A DNA stretch of 63,440 nt, counting the filler, from Octopus bimaculoides (Eukaryota): NCBI RefSeq assembly GCF_001194135.2. It is 6 parts of 6 records of this genome, joined end to end, with 100 filler letters (N's around TTAATTAATTAA, not from the genome) between each part and the next. Parts side by side here need not be neighbours in the genome. Positions count along the whole stretch, not along the records: positions 61,820 to 63,440 come from NW_026306214.1; 5 more parts are not named here. The stretch is one strand, 5' to 3'. Both the position numbers and the translations under genes were made by a program. The notes below the pieces were generated by a model. That model did no database searches, was not told the origin of the DNA, and was given only the letters and a program-made list of their open reading frames with translations. Positions 61,776 to 63,440 of this stretch are shown piece after piece; within the stretch, counting starts at the first letter, position 1; each line of letters starts with the position of its first letter.

Positions 61776-62837
61776 NNNNNNNNNNNNNNNNNNNNNNNNN
61801 NNNNNNNNNNNNNNNNNNNCAGATATATAATAGAAGGAAGGATTTGGAGAATATACATGTATAGAAAAGGCACTCTGCTGTTGCCATACCAATTTTACTT
61901 GTTGACTATATTCTGGATTTACAAATTGGATTGGTGAAGATTTACTAAAGTACAGATTATGTGGATTTCTGCATCTATGACAGGTCAACTTAATTAGCCA
62001 GGTTTTTTTTCCTTCACAGAGAGCTTATAAAGACTTCACTTGGATCTTTAATCCCCTTTTCATCTGTTTACATTATATGTATGTATGTATGTGTATATAT
62101 ATATATATATAGAAGTGTGTTTACTATTAAGGAATAAGCCTGAAATCCAGTCACTCTAGAAGGTTCCTCATGAAGAGTGTATAGAGAAAAATACTTTACA
62201 GTGCAGACATAATTTAGTAGTTTTTCTTAACACTTTTACACATGTCATTTTAAACTTCCAGCTTTGAACACTTTTCCTTCTTTCCACATCAAGATAAGAA
62301 ACAATGTATGTATATATATACATATGTATGTATATATACATATATGTTAATCTGTAAACAAACGAATTGTATTTATTTAAAAAGAAGAAAAACAAAAGAA
62401 ACAAAAGAAATGAATAAAATATTAAACAAAGATAATTTTAATCAAAATATTACAAAAATCTTTATTTTCTTTTCTTATTTTTCTTTTCTTTTGCATTTAT
62501 TTTGTTTGAACTTTCATCATTATATGCATATATATATATCCTAGTATTATATGTGTGTGTTTGTGTTTGTGTGTGTGTGTACTGTATTTCTGGGTTAACA
62601 AGGCTTCCAATGGTTTCATGTGGTAAGAAATCTCTCAACAATTATCAAGCCTGTCACATGGGAACATTGCTATTCGTTTCACTTTTGGATGAAATACACA
62701 AAGCTACACATGACTGTATGCAATCTGGGTATAAATAAATAAACATACAGATCATGGGATGTAACTTATAGGGGAATCATAATTGTTGTCTCGTATATAT
62801 GTACATTTAGCAAAAAATATATATATAGTCCTTAATA

Positions 62838-63114
62838 GTGTTTTACAGCTGTTTCAGAAATTAAGCGATAGGTTGATGTAAAAAATTTGAACTAGGCTAA
62901 CAGGTGTACATATTAATGCAATAATATGTATCGGACAACTATGATTAGTATTTCAATGGTTCCACCTTAAACATATTAATGTATCATGTTTAAATGTTGA
63001 TAATAATTTCTACTTGTCTGATATTAATTATTGCATCAATAGATGCACCTGTTTTTGTAACACACATTATTACATTAACAAATTGCTGAATTTTTTGAAA
63101 CAGTTGTAAAGACA
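62838..63114. mobile_element. About 280-bp fold-back element (imperfect palindrome)
   Basis: Arms of about 130 bp align as inverted repeats: TTACA.CTGTTTC, TGTAA, AACAGGTG, ATGCAATAAT, GACAA and TTAAACAT/ATGTTTAA around an 11-nt centre. Confidence 0.7.
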
Positions 63115-63352
63115 TAAGATGATTTACTGCTATATATCTGTGTTTGTGTGTGTGTGTGTGTGCTTATCTAACTTCTATTTCTTTATTATGTGGTTGAGCT
63201 ATGCGTTTCTTATAACCGATTCTTGTTCCATGGGAATATTCCTCCCTTGATTATGATGTTGGCTTTAAAAAAATCTGAATTAGTCCAAACACTGGCATTT
63301 TCTCAACTATCAGAGATATGTATATATGTATGTTTGTGGATGCATATACATG

Positions 63353-63395
<43 letters not shown>

Positions 63396-63401
63396 TTATA
63401 T

Positions 63402-63440
<39 letters not shown>

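Overview
AT-rich, repeat-dominated animal genomic DNA with many N gaps. The SINE families and microsatellite load suggest a coleoid cephalopod, probably Octopus (inference; no database search was possible). Five identical 100-bp joins (44 N + TTAATTAATTAA + 44 N) show that the window is several contigs stitched together, so adjacency across them is unproven. No host protein-coding gene can be called confidently. There are only weak splice-signal candidates, including a possible divergent promoter at about 30.9-31.5 kb. Most long ORFs in the track are microsatellite or N-gap artefacts. Recognisable content is decayed mobile DNA: three tRNA-derived SINE families; CR1, Tx1/L1 and R4/Dong LINE fragments; a Naiad-type Penelope-like element (PLE); a near-complete FLYWCH-MULE transposon; mariner/Tc1 relics; and mariner, pogo/Tigger and hAT MITEs. 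The most notable signal, which the ORF track does not show, is a set of about ten hammerhead-ribozyme (HHR) motifs of several sequence types. Four have a complete catalytic core. Some sit in tandem or direct-repeat units (139 bp and 350 bp) resembling non-autonomous retrozyme or PLE terminal-repeat elements. Also notable are a 19-bp higher-order minisatellite apparently born from Tx1 ORF2 coding sequence, and an (AAT)n cluster holding a Dong 3' end plus a 533-bp element bounded by AAT repeats.
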